From Halomarina oriensis (lineage in GTDB: Archaea > Halobacteriota > Halobacteria > Halobacteriales > Haloarculaceae), in assembly GCF_009791395.1 (NCBI RefSeq), contig NZ_WSZK01000023.1:22665-86664 (forward strand): a stretch of 64,000 bases of DNA. Reading direction: 5' to 3'. The translations under genes and the position numbers were made by a program. This document shows, one piece after another, positions 62,791 to 64,000 of the stretch. The notes beneath the pieces are model-generated. The model searched no databases, was not told the origin of the DNA, and was given only the letters and a program-made list of their open reading frames with translations. How positions within the stretch are numbered: the first letter of the stretch is position 1; every line of letters begins with the position of its first letter.

Positions 62791-64000
62791 ATGGACGACC
62801 GAACGTACACAGCGGACGCCGAACCGGGCGACCACGTCACCGTCGCCGGCTGGGCACACGAGATCCGCGACCTCGGTGGTATCGCCTTCCTCATCGTCCG
62901 CGACAAGACCGGCAAGATACAGGTCAAGTTCGCCAAAGACGAGATGGACGAGGACCTCGTCGAGACGGGCACGAACGTCTCGCGCGAGTCCGTCGTGCAG
63001 GTGACCGGGAGTGTAGAGGAGGAGCCGCGCGCCCCCACGGGCGTCGAAATCGTCCCGGAGAGCGTCGAAGTCGTCGCTCCCGCCGACCCCGAACTCCCCC
63101 TCGACCCCTCCGGGAAGGTCGACGCCGAACTCCCGACGCGCCTCGACAACCGCACCCTCGACCTCCGGCGCGACGAGGCGAAGGCCATCTTCGAGATTCG
63201 CGCGACGGTCCTCGCGGCCGTTCGGGACTACTTCCGCTCGCAGAACGCGACCGAGATCAACACCCCGAAGATCGTCGCCACCGGCACCGAAGGGGGCACG
63301 GAGCTGTTCCCCATCACGTACTTCGGGCAGGAGGCGTTCATGAACCAGTCGCCACAGCTGTTCAAACAGCTGATGGTCGGCTCCGGGCTGGAGCGCGTCT
63401 TCGAGATCGGCCCCATCTTCCGCGCCGAGGAGCACAACACGCCACGACACCTCAACGAGGCTACCTCCATCGACTTCGAGAGCGCGTTCATCGACCACCA
63501 GGGCGCGATGGACGTCTGCGAGGGCGCGCTGAAGGCGGCCTACGAGGCCGTCGCCGAGGAGTGCGCCGACGAACTGGAGACGCTCGGGCTGGCCGAGGCG
63601 TTCGAGGTGCCCGAGGAGGCGTTCCCGCGCCTCTCCTACGAGGAGGCCATCGAGCGCGTCAACGCGACGGGCGACCTCGACGAGCAACTGGTGTTCGGCG
63701 ACGACCTCTCGACGGAAGCCGAGAAGGCACTCGGCCGCGACGTCGGCGGCCACTACTTCATCACCGACTGGCCCAGCGAGGTCAAGCCGTTCTACATCAA
63801 GGACCACGACGACGACCCGGACCTCTCGACGGGCTTCGACATGATGCACCCGAACATGGAACTCGTCTCGGGGGGCCAGCGTGAACACCGCCACGACGAA
63901 CTCGTCGCCGGCTTCGAACAGCAGGGGCTCGACCCCGACGCGTTCGAGTACTACACGAAGATGTTCCGCTACGGTATGCCGCCCCACGCCGGGTTCGGTC
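62791..64000 (+). CDS. aspS: Aspartyl-tRNA synthetase, archaeal type (likely non-discriminating), N-terminal about 400 aa. Continues past the window end. Absent from the ORF track.
   Basis: Own translation from ATG 62791 gives [45 protein letters not shown]... (OB anticodon-binding domain), then class II motifs [24 protein letters not shown]...[27 protein letters not shown]. Confidence 0.85.
   Translation, partial: MDDRTYTADAEPGDHVTVAGWAHEIRDLGGIAFLIVRDKTGKIQVKFAKDEMDEDLVETGTNVSRESVVQVTGSVEEEPRAPTGVEIVPESVEVVAPADPELPLDPSGKVDAELPTRLDNRTLDLRRDEAKAIFEIRATVLAAVRDYFRSQNATEINTPKIVATGTEGGTELFPITYFGQEAFMNQSPQLFKQLMVGSGLERVFEIGPIFRAEEHNTPRHLNEATSIDFESAFIDHQGAMDVCEGALKAAYEAVAEECADELETLGLAEAFEVPEEAFPRLSYEEAIERVNATGDLDEQLVFGDDLSTEAEKALGRDVGGHYFITDWPSEVKPFYIKDHDDDPDLSTGFDMMHPNMELVSGGQREHRHDELVAGFEQQGLDPDAFEYYTKMFRYGMPPHAGFG

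Noticed and set aside
62445-63987. 479-aa plus-strand and 407-aa minus-strand ORFs at the right edge
   Set aside because: Alternate and antisense frames of aspS. The true aspS frame (from ATG 62791) is not in the track because it has no in-window stop.
1-64000. Search for CRISPR arrays, rRNA, tRNA, transposases or integrases
   Set aside because: I saw no regularly spaced direct repeats, no rRNA-like conserved stretches, no convincing tRNA cloverleaf signatures in intergenic regions, and no transposase or integrase-like proteins.

Overview
This window is a GC-rich segment with strong GC3 codon bias and acidic proteomes, typical of a haloarchaeal (Halobacteria) chromosome. I can support about 65 protein-coding genes, most of them housekeeping.

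Recognisable housekeeping genes:
- tfb (TFIIB)
- thermosome
- archaeal LonB followed by a CPBP protease
- smc-scpA
- metG
- gatB
- aspS (partial, runs off the right edge)
- topA
- ppsA
- PolX
- RNase HI
- ppa
- NMN adenylyltransferase
- MTAP
- GGGP synthase
- an MfnA-like decarboxylase

I found no rRNA, tRNA, CRISPR array, transposase or integrase.

Because of the high GC content, the six-frame track is full of long Arg/Pro/Ser-rich antisense or alternate-frame ORFs. I treat these as artefacts. Several real genes start downstream of the listed ORF starts. Two genes that run off the window edges are absent from the track:
- a PilC/TadC-like membrane gene at the left edge (1..1415, minus strand)
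- aspS at the right edge

Observations most worth a second look:
1. A four-gene minus-strand operon at the left edge: two small proteins, a PilB/FlaI-type secretion ATPase and a PilC/TadC-type platform protein. The ATPase stop overlaps the membrane gene's start (ATGA).
2. A loose DNA-metabolism neighbourhood: rnhA, tfb, an NreA-like repair protein with a C-terminal PIP-like QxxLxxW motif, and a three-gene orf-polX-Mut7C operon.
3. ppsA is split by a +1 frameshift inside a G5 homopolymer (40428-40432).
4. A 35-nt tandem direct repeat sits upstream of the nfeD-SPFH operon. Palindromes sit upstream of topA.
5. A membrane-anchored HTH regulator lies immediately upstream of a secreted halolysin-type subtilase.
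6. A short APC-permease-like remnant, several unannotated micro-ORFs, and a roughly 310-nt ORF-free GC-rich gap.
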